From IMG/VR virus record IMGVR_UViG_3300025289_000025, positions 1-64,000 of that record: 64,000 nucleotides of DNA; one strand, given 5' to 3'. Below, piece by piece: positions 28,002-38,287 of the stretch. The notes beneath the pieces were generated by a model. The model was not told where the DNA came from, did no database searches, and saw nothing but the letters and a program-made list of their open reading frames with translations. A program made the translations under genes and the position numbers. This DNA comes from a virus. Positions within the stretch are counted from its first letter, which is position 1, and each line of letters starts with the position of its first letter.

Positions 28002-29690
28002 ATGGCAATCACGGGGTATAAGAGTGAAGGTGTTCCAGCATCTAGAATTGATCTGGCTGCGTTTCAAGCATGGGCAGATTGGTGTATTGATATTTCAGAG
28101 GGAGCAGCACCTACTCCAATTCCTTTAGAATCTCATATTTATTTTGATACTGCATTCTCTCTTCGTAAAGCATTGGATATGGTTTCCTTGAATGGAAGGG
28201 GGACTATCGTTCAATTAGGTTCCAAGTTTACGGTGATTATTGATAAAGTAGAAGAAATAGCTGTTCAGAGATTTTTATTTACTATGGGAAATATCAAAAA
28301 AGATTCTTTTGCGGAAGAATTTTTACCGATGGGCGATAGGGCAAATGCTGTAGCTATAACTTATTTTGATAGAGAAATGGATTATATTCGTCAAACAGTA
28401 GAAGTTTATTCCGACGATTTTGATACTTCTGATAAAGAAATTAATAAAACGTCAATAATTCTTTATGGTTGTACGAGCAGATACCAAGCAACAGACCATG
28501 GTTCATTTTTAATAAAGTGTAACCGTTATGTCACGGTGACAGTCTCTTTCGATGCAGATGTAGATGCCATCGCTTGTCGTCCAGGGGATATAATAGATGT
28601 TGCTCATGACGTTCCCAATTGGGGTCAAAGTGGTAGGGTAGTATCCGCCACTGTAAATACAATTACTCTGGATAAAGAAGTAGCAATTGATTCTTCTTTT
28701 CAATATATGGTAGGTATAAAACATATTGACGATGATTCTAGAGAAGAGATTGAAGTTGATGCTGCTACGATGGGAACAGGAAATTACTCTGTATTACAAA
28801 TTCTAACAAATTGGGTCAAAACCCCCGCATCTAACGCTTTATATTATTTTGGGAAAATTGATCAATTAACTAAGGCTGTTAGAATATTGAGGATTTCTAG
28901 ATCATCTGATCAACGTAGGAAACTTTCTGGAGTAGAATACGTCCCAGAGGTTTATACAAGATCAGGATCTGTAGTTACTCCTGTTCTTCCGGCAGCGCAA
29001 TCTCAAGCATGTGTTGGATTGTCTGCTACAGAAATATGGAGTGGAGGAACAATTTCTTCAGTTTCTCTTTTATGGAGAGGTTTCGCATTAACTTGGTATG
29101 TATATAGAAGTAGTGGCGTTTCTTGGATTTTATTAGGAACTACCAATGGATTGAATTACACCGACTCTGGTTTATCTTATGGTATGAATTACACTTTCTC
29201 CGTTTCTCCTACGGCGAATCCAAATGATGCTAATGCAGATCAAGTAACCGTAAATGTTTCTGGAGCTAACGTAAAAATTGAAGTTGTAGATTCCATAGGA
29301 ATGGTAGATGGTACTATTAAAGTTCAGAATTATAATAGAAGAATAATGGAATTACTGGAAGCTGACGATTATGGGAAGGGGGGTACGCATAAGAGGAGAC
29401 TTTCAGAATCTATAGGAATTACTGATGCTATTATTAAAGTTCAGAATTATAATAGAAGAATTTCTGAATCCCCTGGTGTATTGGATTCCTCAGTATCTGG
29501 ATTCGTTCTATTTATCGTTACTAGTGATATAGCAGGAGTAACGGATTCGCTAGCAATTAAAATAATACAAGGTAGAATAATAAGTGAATCATTGGGTATA
29601 CCAGATTCCTTGGTTTCTGGGCTGGTTCCGTCTACTGTCGTAGGAGATTCTATAGGAGTATCAGATTCTTTAGCAATCGTAATAATTTAG
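28002..29690 (+). CDS. C-terminal half of gpJ-like tail tip protein with Fn3-like domain and SxSIGxxD repeats
   Basis: IDLAAFQAWADWC, FTMGNI, LYGCTS, CRPGDII.V.H, GQSGRV; terminal repeats. Confidence 0.8.
   Translation: MAITGYKSEGVPASRIDLAAFQAWADWCIDISEGAAPTPIPLESHIYFDTAFSLRKALDMVSLNGRGTIVQLGSKFTVIIDKVEEIAVQRFLFTMGNIKKDSFAEEFLPMGDRANAVAITYFDREMDYIRQTVEVYSDDFDTSDKEINKTSIILYGCTSRYQATDHGSFLIKCNRYVTVTVSFDADVDAIACRPGDIIDVAHDVPNWGQSGRVVSATVNTITLDKEVAIDSSFQYMVGIKHIDDDSREEIEVDAATMGTGNYSVLQILTNWVKTPASNALYYFGKIDQLTKAVRILRISRSSDQRRKLSGVEYVPEVYTRSGSVVTPVLPAAQSQACVGLSATEIWSGGTISSVSLLWRGFALTWYVYRSSGVSWILLGTTNGLNYTDSGLSYGMNYTFSVSPTANPNDANADQVTVNVSGANVKIEVVDSIGMVDGTIKVQNYNRRIMELLEADDYGKGGTHKRRLSESIGITDAIIKVQNYNRRISESPGVLDSSVSGFVLFIVTSDIAGVTDSLAIKIIQGRIISESLGIPDSLVSGLVPSTVVGDSIGVSDSLAIVII
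29315..29461 (+). repeat. Exact 30-bp direct repeat (29315-29344 and 29432-29461)
   Basis: TATTAAAGTTCAGAATTATAATAGAAGAAT twice, 117 bp apart, in frame (IKVQNYNRRI). Confidence 0.9.
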
Positions 29691-29796
29691 GATAGAAATA
29701 TTAGTGATCTCTTGTTGCTGAAGAATAAATTTCAGTGATGACCCCGGAGGTTTCTATGACCCTGTCCCTTAATGCCGCCCGTGGGGGGTAAGGTAG

Positions 29797-32700
29797 ATGG
29801 CTACCGAGCGTATCTATCCTGCAAGTGATGTAACAACCAACTGGAATGGATGGTCTGCCCCTCCGCATTGGTCGCGTGTAGACGATGCTTATGGATCGGA
29901 AACGGAGGCGGATGGAGGGCTTGCCGGGGACAACAACTCCGTAGAAGAATTCACCATGGCGAATGTATCCGTCATGGGGGCATCAGATACCGCAACCGGG
30001 ATAGGTATTTATATATGGTCGAAAAGCGAAAGCAGCACAGAGTCGATAGATGTTCAATATTCCATCGACAACGGGTCTAACTGGTCCTCCGTTGTAAACG
30101 TAGTAGTTAATCAAACGAGTTACGCCTATGGAATAGCGTCGTGGTCCGGCCTGTCTCTGACTCAATCGCAGATCAACGCGATGAACATACGGCTTACATG
30201 CCCGAATGAGAATGTCGATTGGGTCTATACCTCCGCAGTTTCGGTTCTGGTGACTTATACGGCGGGCGGAACTAATTTTACCAGAGAATTAGCAAATAGT
30301 TTGGGGATCTCTGATGTTCTATATAGACAGTTAGTACGGAGATATGAAAATATAGAATCCATCGGAGTTCCAGACTCTATCCTTTGTTCCCTGTCCTTTA
30401 TTCGTCCGATTGGGGATAGTTTTGGATTAGTAGACTCCAGAGATATTGTAAAGTCAATGATTCGTAGGCCCACGGAAGTGTTGGAATTGGGAGATTACGA
30501 AAGAATTATTAGACAAATAGTCAGATACATATCTGATAGTGAGAATATCTCAGATTCTTCTATTCTTGTTCATCTTATCAATCGTTATCTTTCTGATTCA
30601 TTAGGTTTGGCAGATTCTAATAATCGTTATATCACCCTTCGTAAATATCTTACTGATACTGTTGGAATAACGGATGCTGAAATAGTTATTAATTCCATCG
30701 TTCGTTATCTTTCTGATATTTTGGGATTATCTGATATACAAAGTAAAATGATTGGCAAGATAGTTGCAGAATCAACTGGTATTATGGATACTTTGAGTAA
30801 GATTGGTAATATGGTTAGAGTTCTATCTGAATCAGAGGGAATGACAGATTCAATAAACCGTATTCTTCAGAAAGTTGCCCAACTATCTGATTCTATTGGA
30901 ATAGTAGATTATCAATTAATAATTAAATCCCTATCTCGAATTATTTCTGAAAATGAAGAAATAGGCGATTCTTCCCTTCGGTATTTAAACATGATTCGTG
31001 ACTCTTTTGATTCTATGGGGATTTCCGATCATTCTATTACAGTAATTGCATTAATTAGGACCCTATCAGAATCTTTGGGAATAACTGATTCAGAAGTTTG
31101 GGCACTCCTTCGTAGTAGGGTTATTTCTGATACCACTAGTGCATTTGATTTTCAAGCAAAAACTATTGGTAAGGTTCTTTCAGATATTTTGGGGGTTTCT
31201 GATTCTATAGCAAGGGCCTCTTTAGCAAGCAGATATATTTCAGATATTCTTGGATTATCTGATGTTGTTTCTAGGATATTGGTAAAACGGCTGACTCAAC
31301 CAGATGTTATTGGGTTAGTAGATGTATTTTATGAAACAGAAATAAATCTATTTGTTGCAATAGTGGCAGAGGCGATTGGTATTACTGACGCCCAAGTTAA
31401 ATCCTCTACTTTGGGAAGAATAGTTTCTGATGCTTTTAATCTTTATGATGTATCTTTCCGAACGGTTTTGTATAGTCGTGCTTTCTTGGAAATAGAGGGA
31501 ATTAGTGATTATAGCTCTAGATTAATGGAGGCGGTGCGTTATTTATCTGATTCTGGAGGAACGTCTGATTATTTGAATAGAGTAATGGGGCACATTCGGT
31601 TGGAGTCTGATTCTATAGCAATGACAGATAATTTAACACATATTAAGTCCCTTTTAAAAAATATATCTGATTCTATTGGACTTACTGATTCCCAATCAAA
31701 TATTATTCATTTGGTCCGTGCGGTTTATGATTCTTTGACTATAAACGATACGTTGGATCGTCATATATCTTTTGTTCGTTCCTATTCAGAATCGATTGAA
31801 ATTTTAGACATTTTCTATGGTATAGAAGTTAATTTGCTAGTTTCTGAAATTTCAGATGTTATTGGATTAGTAGACGATAAATCTCAAGCCTTCATTAAAA
31901 CTATATTGATTAGTAATTTATTAGGAATTTCTGATTCTAACATTAAATCTTTTTTAAAACAAATTTCCGATACAATGGGATTGTCAGATACCATTCAACG
32001 TCATTTGACGATTCAACGAATTCTTTTTGATACTGAGGGTCTTTCGGATACTCTGATCAAATCAATTGCTAAGACTCTATCGGAAGCATTGGGAATAATT
32101 GATTCGACTGTTCGTTATCGTACTCTTCAGAAAATTCTTTCTGAATCTCTGGATTTGTCAGATTCTCAGTATAGGATAATTGTAAAAATATTTTCCTTAT
32201 ATGAAAATTTAGGGTTGACAGATGCAAGAGTAAAATTATTGGCTAAGACGATTGGGGAATCCTTAAATTTAAATGATTACCAGTTACGATCCTTAAGTTT
32301 CATTAGAGCTATGATGGAAGGATTAGAATTATCCGATTCCTATGTAAGAGCATTGAAGGTAAAAAGAGAGTCATTGGAAGAAGTTGGTCTTGTAGATATA
32401 AATATTCAATATCTTGCATTAATTGTATCTAGAATTCTGTCTGAGCCTGTTGGAATTACGGATTCCTACCAAGCCATATTTTATGTTGCTAGGATCATAG
32501 CCGAATCCTTAGATTTGTCTGACGAGCAACTTAGGATTTTGGATGTTAACAGAATAGTATCAGAATCTTTATCTTTTGTAGACATAGCTCCTAGAACGGT
32601 TAATTTGACTAGAATGTCCGTAGACTCTGTTGCCTTAGCCGATTCTCTATTATCTTTGGTTATGAAATTACGTTATTTATCAGAATCCTTCGAATTGACG

Positions 32701-33228
32701 GATTCTCAATATTATCAGTTGGAAATGATAAGGGAATTGGCAGAAACGGAGGGGATTTCTGATTTCCTTCTTAGATCTATTTCTGTTAATAGATTTGTGG
32801 CAGATTCTACTGGAGTTACAGATAGTTTGAGAAGAGTTCTTGAAATACTTCGTAGTCAAACGGATTCTGTTGGAATTACGGATACTGCGGAGTGGAAAAA
32901 GATTCTTGTTTTGATATTAACGGAATCTATTTCTCTAAATGATTCTGAATTTAGAACGATGCTTTATTGGATTCATCAGTATGACGTAGTAGGACTCGCT
33001 GATGGTCAATTCCGGTCAGTTAGTTATCAAAGATTTTTATCTGATTTGCTTAATGTACTAGATAGGTTAGGATTAGACCAAGTAATAGCAAAAATAATTC
33101 GTGAAAAGTTGTATGTTTCACTTGCAGTTTATAAACGGTTCTTGATGGAGATTGATGCTCTTAATCCCCAAGTAAGTATAAACGTTCAGGATAGGAGAGT
33201 TGAATTAAATATCCTCAGAATGAAGTAA
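29797..33228 (+). CDS. Long repeat structural protein (about 50 copies of a ~19-aa S[DE]SxGxxD repeat)
   Basis: About 155-aa non-repetitive N-domain, then regular repeats such as RYLSDSLGLAD, RVLSESEGMTD, KILSESLDLSD. Confidence 0.8.
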   Translation: MATERIYPASDVTTNWNGWSAPPHWSRVDDAYGSETEADGGLAGDNNSVEEFTMANVSVMGASDTATGIGIYIWSKSESSTESIDVQYSIDNGSNWSSVVNVVVNQTSYAYGIASWSGLSLTQSQINAMNIRLTCPNENVDWVYTSAVSVLVTYTAGGTNFTRELANSLGISDVLYRQLVRRYENIESIGVPDSILCSLSFIRPIGDSFGLVDSRDIVKSMIRRPTEVLELGDYERIIRQIVRYISDSENISDSSILVHLINRYLSDSLGLADSNNRYITLRKYLTDTVGITDAEIVINSIVRYLSDILGLSDIQSKMIGKIVAESTGIMDTLSKIGNMVRVLSESEGMTDSINRILQKVAQLSDSIGIVDYQLIIKSLSRIISENEEIGDSSLRYLNMIRDSFDSMGISDHSITVIALIRTLSESLGITDSEVWALLRSRVISDTTSAFDFQAKTIGKVLSDILGVSDSIARASLASRYISDILGLSDVVSRILVKRLTQPDVIGLVDVFYETEINLFVAIVAEAIGITDAQVKSSTLGRIVSDAFNLYDVSFRTVLYSRAFLEIEGISDYSSRLMEAVRYLSDSGGTSDYLNRVMGHIRLESDSIAMTDNLTHIKSLLKNISDSIGLTDSQSNIIHLVRAVYDSLTINDTLDRHISFVRSYSESIEILDIFYGIEVNLLVSEISDVIGLVDDKSQAFIKTILISNLLGISDSNIKSFLKQISDTMGLSDTIQRHLTIQRILFDTEGLSDTLIKSIAKTLSEALGIIDSTVRYRTLQKILSESLDLSDSQYRIIVKIFSLYENLGLTDARVKLLAKTIGESLNLNDYQLRSLSFIRAMMEGLELSDSYVRALKVKRESLEEVGLVDINIQYLALIVSRILSEPVGITDSYQAIFYVARIIAESLDLSDEQLRILDVNRIVSESLSFVDIAPRTVNLTRMSVDSVALADSLLSLVMKLRYLSESFELTDSQYYQLEMIRELAETEGISDFLLRSISVNRFVADSTGVTDSLRRVLEILRSQTDSVGITDTAEWKKILVLILTESISLNDSEFRTMLYWIHQYDVVGLADGQFRSVSYQRFLSDLLNVLDRLGLDQVIAKIIREKLYVSLAVYKRFLMEIDALNPQVSINVQDRRVELNILRMK

Positions 33229-33238
33229 GGAGGGAAAT

Positions 33239-33526
33239 ATGAGCATAAAAGAGTTTACAAATGGGGATACAGTTTGGCTTCAAGCTACCTTTAGAACAAA
33301 CTCAAAAGTTTTATTTGATCCTACTTCTACTTGGGGAAATATTTGGGATTCCTCCTCTAATCATATAGGTATATCTGCTTTCACCAAAAGTGTCACAGGA
33401 GTTTACGTTTATGGTTGGCAAACAGATCCTAGCAGTCATGCCAATGGGGATGTTGTATTTGATGCTTACGGATATTACGGAGGGAAGATATATGTCCATC
33501 GTGGAACCCTTTTCCGTTTGGTGTAA
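33239..33526 (+). CDS. Small beta-rich (Ig-like) putative virion protein
   Basis: GDTVWLQATF...LFDPT...TGVYVYGW; GGAGG SD. Confidence 0.6.
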   Translation: MSIKEFTNGDTVWLQATFRTNSKVLFDPTSTWGNIWDSSSNHIGISAFTKSVTGVYVYGWQTDPSSHANGDVVFDAYGYYGGKIYVHRGTLFRLV

Positions 33527-33588
33527 TTTTTCATAGAAAGGGAGAACCATAAACGATATAATAAAAAGGATTCTAACTGGGAACCAAA

Positions 33589-34179
33589 ATGTTCCGAACA
33601 CCCCATGTAGAGAAGGAGGAAGGGAAAATGAATGAGCAATTAAGAAGGGATTTAGATGCAAAACTGGCGGCGTTTCTCAAAGAAACTGAAGGAGATCTTC
33701 CCATTGAGAAAATGGGAATTCTCGGGTGTGTTCGTCACCGTTTGTATGGCCCTGATGGTACACTGAAGCAGGAAGGTCATAAGTTTAACCTAGTAAACTC
33801 TATTGGGGATAAGTATCTCTCTGTCTATTTGTCGGGGGCAGGGGTGTTGCCGGGATCTATGTGGGCAGAGCTTGGTGTTAATACCACCGCTCCGGTGAAG
33901 GCTGGAACTGGTTTGGGGACTTTAATTGCTACTTCGTCCCTAGCAACTTCCGCTTCCTATCCGCAGAATGTCAACTCATTCGGTACGGGTTCCGGTGAGT
34001 GGACAATTTGGCGGTTCTCTTGGGGCGCGGGCGTAGCAACCAACGGGTCTATCGGAGAAGTGGGAATGCGGACTCAGGCTGGTTCCTTTGTAGCCCATGC
34101 GTTGGTGGCTCCGAACGTGAACAAGGCTGCTGGCGATACGCTGCAGATCGACTGGGGCTGGAAATTTTTAGGGGCATAA
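33589..34179 (+). CDS. Putative abundant fibre/structural protein
   Basis: NLVNSIG, F..G.ATNGSIGEVG, VNKAAGDTLQIDW pattern; codon bias like capsid and tube; true start may be ATG 33628. Confidence 0.6.
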   Translation: MFRTPHVEKEEGKMNEQLRRDLDAKLAAFLKETEGDLPIEKMGILGCVRHRLYGPDGTLKQEGHKFNLVNSIGDKYLSVYLSGAGVLPGSMWAELGVNTTAPVKAGTGLGTLIATSSLATSASYPQNVNSFGTGSGEWTIWRFSWGAGVATNGSIGEVGMRTQAGSFVAHALVAPNVNKAAGDTLQIDWGWKFLGA

Positions 34180-34232
34180 TACCCAATAGAATCAGGTACT
34201 TAGGCGTGCTACAAAGTTCTTTCCTTCTTGTT

Positions 34233-34264
34233 CATGGGGCATCTCCGAAAGGGGGTGCCTCATG
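34233..34264 (+). promoter_or_regulatory. GAAA-tetraloop hairpin sequestering the SD and start codon of the HNH gene
   Basis: CATGGGGCATCTCC-GAAA-GGGGGTGCCTCATG; the ATG at 34262 is inside the stem. Confidence 0.65.
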
Positions 34265-34942
34265 ATTCTTGTTCCCCCTAGAACAACCGATATGACTGGG
34301 ACCCAATTCTTTCGTTTGACTGTATTAGGTCTTTCTAGAATTGATAAAGACAAACGGGGGACTACTTCTTTTTGGGAATGCCTCTGCGAATGCGGAAATT
34401 ATCATATTGTTGCTAAAGATAAACTCAAACTAACAAAAAGTTGTGGATGTTTGAAAAGGGAGATTATCAAAGCCGGGGCAAATTTCAAACATGGTTTTTG
34501 TAAGGATGGTCAGATAACTCCGGAATATAGTTGTTGGTCAGGAATGAAGGATCGTTGCTATTGTGAAACCAATCGCAAGTATCCTCGTTACGGTGGAAGA
34601 GGAATTACCATTTGCGATGAATGGAGATATAATTTTGAGGCTTTTCTTGCATATATGGGACCCTGTAATGGGAAAATAATTGATAGAATTGAAGCAGACG
34701 GTAACTATGAACCGGGTAATTGCCGTTGGGTAACTCCTGCAATATCCAATAGAAATTATTCAACTAGAAATCGTAATTATACCCATAATGGCGAAACAAA
34801 GTGTTTGAAGGATTGGGCAGCTCATTTTGGCATAAACTATGCTACCCTCTGGCAACGAATTAAAGATGGCCTAAGTTTTGAGGAAGCCATAGCCCATCGC
34901 CTTAGAGAAAAAATTGTCGTTAGTCAGGTTATTTCTATTTAA
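34262..34942 (+). CDS. HNH-type homing endonuclease
   Basis: GTQFFRLTV, WECLCECG, TKSCGC, YGGRGITICDEW, IDRI..DGNYEPGNCRW. Confidence 0.88.
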   Translation: MILVPPRTTDMTGTQFFRLTVLGLSRIDKDKRGTTSFWECLCECGNYHIVAKDKLKLTKSCGCLKREIIKAGANFKHGFCKDGQITPEYSCWSGMKDRCYCETNRKYPRYGGRGITICDEWRYNFEAFLAYMGPCNGKIIDRIEADGNYEPGNCRWVTPAISNRNYSTRNRNYTHNGETKCLKDWAAHFGINYATLWQRIKDGLSFEEAIAHRLREKIVVSQVISI

Positions 34943-37914
34943 ACGTATTTCCCTTCTCTCAAAGACATTTGATGTTTAAGAATTCCACCAACAATTTGAG
35001 AAGCTATTTCAGAATTAGGGAATCTAGTTTTAACATCTCGTAATTGAATTCCATCTAGAATAAAAGTAAATATCATATCTTGCCCCAATCCTAGTAAAGC
35101 GTTAGCAGTTGAATATAATTCAATCGCATCTAACATAATAGGATCAGCGGGATTTGGTAAAAATTTAGTTTCAAATATATGCTTAGCCCTCATAGCCCAC
35201 TCCCGACAGAAATCATCTGGAGGAGTCCCAGGGGGAAAACGATTCATTCTATCTTTTATGATATGAATACAATCCCTCATGAATAGGAATTTCATCAAAT
35301 CCCGATCAGGGCATTCTTTGTAATCTCGAAGAAGCAAATCAATATTTCTGAGGAATCTTTCATTTCTGATTTTATCTGTTAAATACCCGTCATGACCAAT
35401 CCAAAAGTCTGGCATAATAATTCCCAAACCAAATCCCTTGTTCAATTCTAATTCGGGATGTTCATGAATCAAGCCAAAGAATTTGGCCCCCGTATTGTTT
35501 CTAAATAAGCGTGTAGGTAGGTCGGGCTTAAAAGGATTGGGGGGGTCTACGGACAAATGATGTTGTTGTATGCCATATCCGTTAAAGGGGTTCGCCCGAA
35601 GATATTTATTAACGTTTTCTGGATTGAGTAGAACTTCATCAGAGTCAATCCAAAGTATCCAATCTCCCTTTGCATCTTTGATGCTTAGGTTTCTGGCGGC
35701 TCCGAATCCTTCCTTGAGAGGGTCAATTCCTTTTAAAATCTTGGCCCCATATTTTTGAGCAATTTCTTTGGTGCTATCATTAGTTTTCGGATCTACTGCA
35801 ATAATGATTTCGTCGGCTATTTTAGAAACAGATTTCAAACATCTATGAAGCATATCTTCTGCATTATATGCTATCATACAAACTGAGAGAGTTTCCTTTG
35901 GAGCTTGCCATACCATCTTTCTTTCAAAATTAACACGGTTAGTCGGAATGCTAGAATCCTTAGTATATGAGATAAAGTGGTGCCCAATAACTTCTCCAGA
36001 ATTGATTCTTCCCGTAGATCTAAAGAAAACTTTGATATCTTTTTTCTCACTAAACATATCCAAAATGTCGTTCATTTCGTAATGGCGAACGTGGCATCTA
36101 TGGGGGAAGGTATAGTATGATAAATATTCCCAAGGTCCATATGGAACTGTCAAGTAAATAGTTCCCCCTTCTTTGCATAAAGTTTCTAATTGATCAATAA
36201 GATGATAGGGGTCAATAACATGTTCTAATACTTCATTGCAAAATACTAAGTCAAAAGTCCCCCCGCCTATTTCTAATATTTTTTCTATAGGATGAGAGGT
36301 CATTTCATCTGTAGATATGAATTTAATATTTTTATGCTCAGAATATTTTTCTTTGCATTTGTTAGCAGTATCAATAGTTTTTCTAGTTATATCTAGCCCC
36401 AAAAATTGACTATCTGGGAAAAGATTTGCCATTCTAATGGTTTGATGCCCAATCCAGCAGCCGTAATCAAGGACTTTTTCATACGGACCAGAAGTTTCCA
36501 AAAACTCTTTCATAATCAACCATCGTGGCTCACTTCCGCTAGTTTCAAAGTGACTAACTTTGGCCCCTTCATGCTTTGTTCCCTCTATAGGAGCATCTAC
36601 TTTTTTATATTGTTCTCTATATGTTTCAGGAGATTCCATAAAAGAGAAATTATCATGGATATATTTAACATCATTCTTTACCAAATTGAGATTATGGCAT
36701 TCTCTTTCAAAATGTACGGCAACCCCATTTTCTTTTGCTTCTATAATATTACACATTTCAATATCAGAATTTTTAAAGAAATGCTTATACAATCTAGCGG
36801 GGTTACTTGATTTTTTTCTCATAATTTTATCAGATATATTTAACAATCGATCTGCTACAGGCCCCCAAATCAATGTTTTCCCGTGTTCCATACCCGCTAT
36901 GGACATGTTTTTAGTAATAGAGGGCTTATTTAAAAGTTCTTCAATAACTTTAATAAATTCATTTTGGCAAGCCTCCGTAGAAGCTAGTCCAAAATCAGTA
37001 GTATTGATAAATTTAGTGGCACCAGGATGAAGAGTTTCTACCAATGCGGCGGTTGGAGTCGTAATGAAAGGAAGTCCGCAAGCTTGGGCTTCGATAGCAC
37101 TAATGCAAGAAATCTCATCAAACTCTGTGGGGTAAACGTAAGCCCAAGAACGAGAATATAAATCATATAATTGAGCTTTTGTTAAAGATCCCAGTAATTG
37201 AACGTTGGGAAGTGCTTTGCACCTTTCCCAAAGATGTTCGTAATATGCTCTTATCCCCGGAACGGTATTGTCATAGTGGGCTACCATAAGTTTTACAGAG
37301 ATTTCTTTCTTGAGAAATTTTTCCATAATTCCATTTTCTTTGACAAGATTTTCCAGACCTCGTTCTGGTCTAGCACAGTAGACCATTTGCCCTAAACTTC
37401 TGACGGAATTGAGTCCGTCAGGAATCAAGGAAACGTCTATCCCATTTCTGATCACTTCAATTGCTTCTTCGGGGATTTCATAAATTTCTTTATATTGATT
37501 CTTTTGAAATTGAGACATAAGAAGAACGCGATCAACTTGAGTTAAAATTCCCCTCATATTTGGGGCAGTTCTTTTGAGAGCGAGGTCATGGCACCATAAA
37601 TAACAAGTTTTAGCATTATGGGGGGTTTGAAGAATACCAAAATCTCTGGATACGATGAGCATATCTATATCTGAATGAGACATTAATTCTTGACCTTGTT
37701 GTAGGGGGATGTACATTACCCCCCTGATTCCCATTGGAGCATCGCAAGGACTCAGAACTACCACCCTATTTCTTCCGCCAAAAGCATCTTTTTTAGAAGC
37801 AAAGGATTCTGCTAATTGAATAGCGGCGGTTTCTGATCCCCCTAATGAGCTTTTGGCCAAGGTGTTGCCATCGTGTTTCATTCCGGGGGAAACAATGATA
37901 ATATTCATCAGCAA
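34939..37914 (-). CDS. Fusion: GT4 + SAM methyltransferase + GT2
   Basis: SLGGSETA, WCHD, RPERGL, YPTEFDEISCISAIEAQACG; VLDYGC.IG, NEVLEHV, HVRHY; LSVCMIAYN, WILWIDSDE, IHE, HDGY. Confidence 0.9.
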   Translation of the reverse strand: MLMNIIIVSPGMKHDGNTLAKSSLGGSETAAIQLAESFASKKDAFGGRNRVVVLSPCDAPMGIRGVMYIPLQQGQELMSHSDIDMLIVSRDFGILQTPHNAKTCYLWCHDLALKRTAPNMRGILTQVDRVLLMSQFQKNQYKEIYEIPEEAIEVIRNGIDVSLIPDGLNSVRSLGQMVYCARPERGLENLVKENGIMEKFLKKEISVKLMVAHYDNTVPGIRAYYEHLWERCKALPNVQLLGSLTKAQLYDLYSRSWAYVYPTEFDEISCISAIEAQACGLPFITTPTAALVETLHPGATKFINTTDFGLASTEACQNEFIKVIEELLNKPSITKNMSIAGMEHGKTLIWGPVADRLLNISDKIMRKKSSNPARLYKHFFKNSDIEMCNIIEAKENGVAVHFERECHNLNLVKNDVKYIHDNFSFMESPETYREQYKKVDAPIEGTKHEGAKVSHFETSGSEPRWLIMKEFLETSGPYEKVLDYGCWIGHQTIRMANLFPDSQFLGLDITRKTIDTANKCKEKYSEHKNIKFISTDEMTSHPIEKILEIGGGTFDLVFCNEVLEHVIDPYHLIDQLETLCKEGGTIYLTVPYGPWEYLSYYTFPHRCHVRHYEMNDILDMFSEKKDIKVFFRSTGRINSGEVIGHHFISYTKDSSIPTNRVNFERKMVWQAPKETLSVCMIAYNAEDMLHRCLKSVSKIADEIIIAVDPKTNDSTKEIAQKYGAKILKGIDPLKEGFGAARNLSIKDAKGDWILWIDSDEVLLNPENVNKYLRANPFNGYGIQQHHLSVDPPNPFKPDLPTRLFRNNTGAKFFGLIHEHPELELNKGFGLGIIMPDFWIGHDGYLTDKIRNERFLRNIDLLLRDYKECPDRDLMKFLFMRDCIHIIKDRMNRFPPGTPPDDFCREWAMRAKHIFETKFLPNPADPIMLDAIELYSTANALLGLGQDMIFTFILDGIQLRDVKTRFPNSEIASQIVGGILKHQMSLREGKYV

Positions 37915-38144
37915 TCTCCTATGATAGTACGAATATTCTTTTTATTTGTTCGAATAATCTCAATAAGAGCATCTATTATGAAATATGGACTAGCAACCAT
38001 TGGTTTGGCGGTATCTTGGGGAACTGCCGAATGTATAGGGCATTTATACCATCTGGTTCGGGGACAAGTACATTTTATTTTACTCTCATTGCAAACACAA
38101 GAAAGATTTCTACAAATTGAGCACTCGCTATCAGGAGTTTTCAT
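37908..38144 (-). CDS. Cys-rich hypothetical protein
   Basis: CSIC..CVC..CTC...CPIH; coupled to neighbours. Confidence 0.5.
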   Translation of the reverse strand: MKTPDSECSICRNLSCVCNESKIKCTCPRTRWYKCPIHSAVPQDTAKPMVASPYFIIDALIEIIRTNKKNIRTIIGDC

Positions 38145-38287
38145 TTTGTCTCTTTCTTACTATCTTGGTATGCCTTTCTTGTTCCCTGCCAATACATTGA
38201 TCCATCCGCTCGTCTAGTTCTATGAGAGCCTCCAGGAAAATCTTTAGCTGCTTGTTTACGAAGTCTTTTTGCAACTGTTCTTCTCAT
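38141..38287 (-). CDS. Small basic hypothetical protein (not in ORF track)
   Basis: MRRTVAKRLRKQAAK...; ATGA overlap with next gene. Confidence 0.45.
   Translation of the reverse strand: MRRTVAKRLRKQAAKDFPGGSHRTRRADGSMYWQGTRKAYQDSKKETK

Noticed and set aside
27963-28004. TAG readthrough or alternative genetic code joining the two J halves
   Set aside because: An in-frame TAA follows four codons later, and genes elsewhere are intact under the standard code
29315-29461. 30-bp direct repeat as CRISPR or DGR template/variable repeat
   Set aside because: Only two copies, in frame within a protein repeat, no adenine-specific mismatches, and no cas or reverse transcriptase in the window
29691-29796. 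Riboswitch or ribozyme in the leader of the repeat gene
   Set aside because: Only a short hairpin and a repeated ATGACCC; no full consensus recognisable
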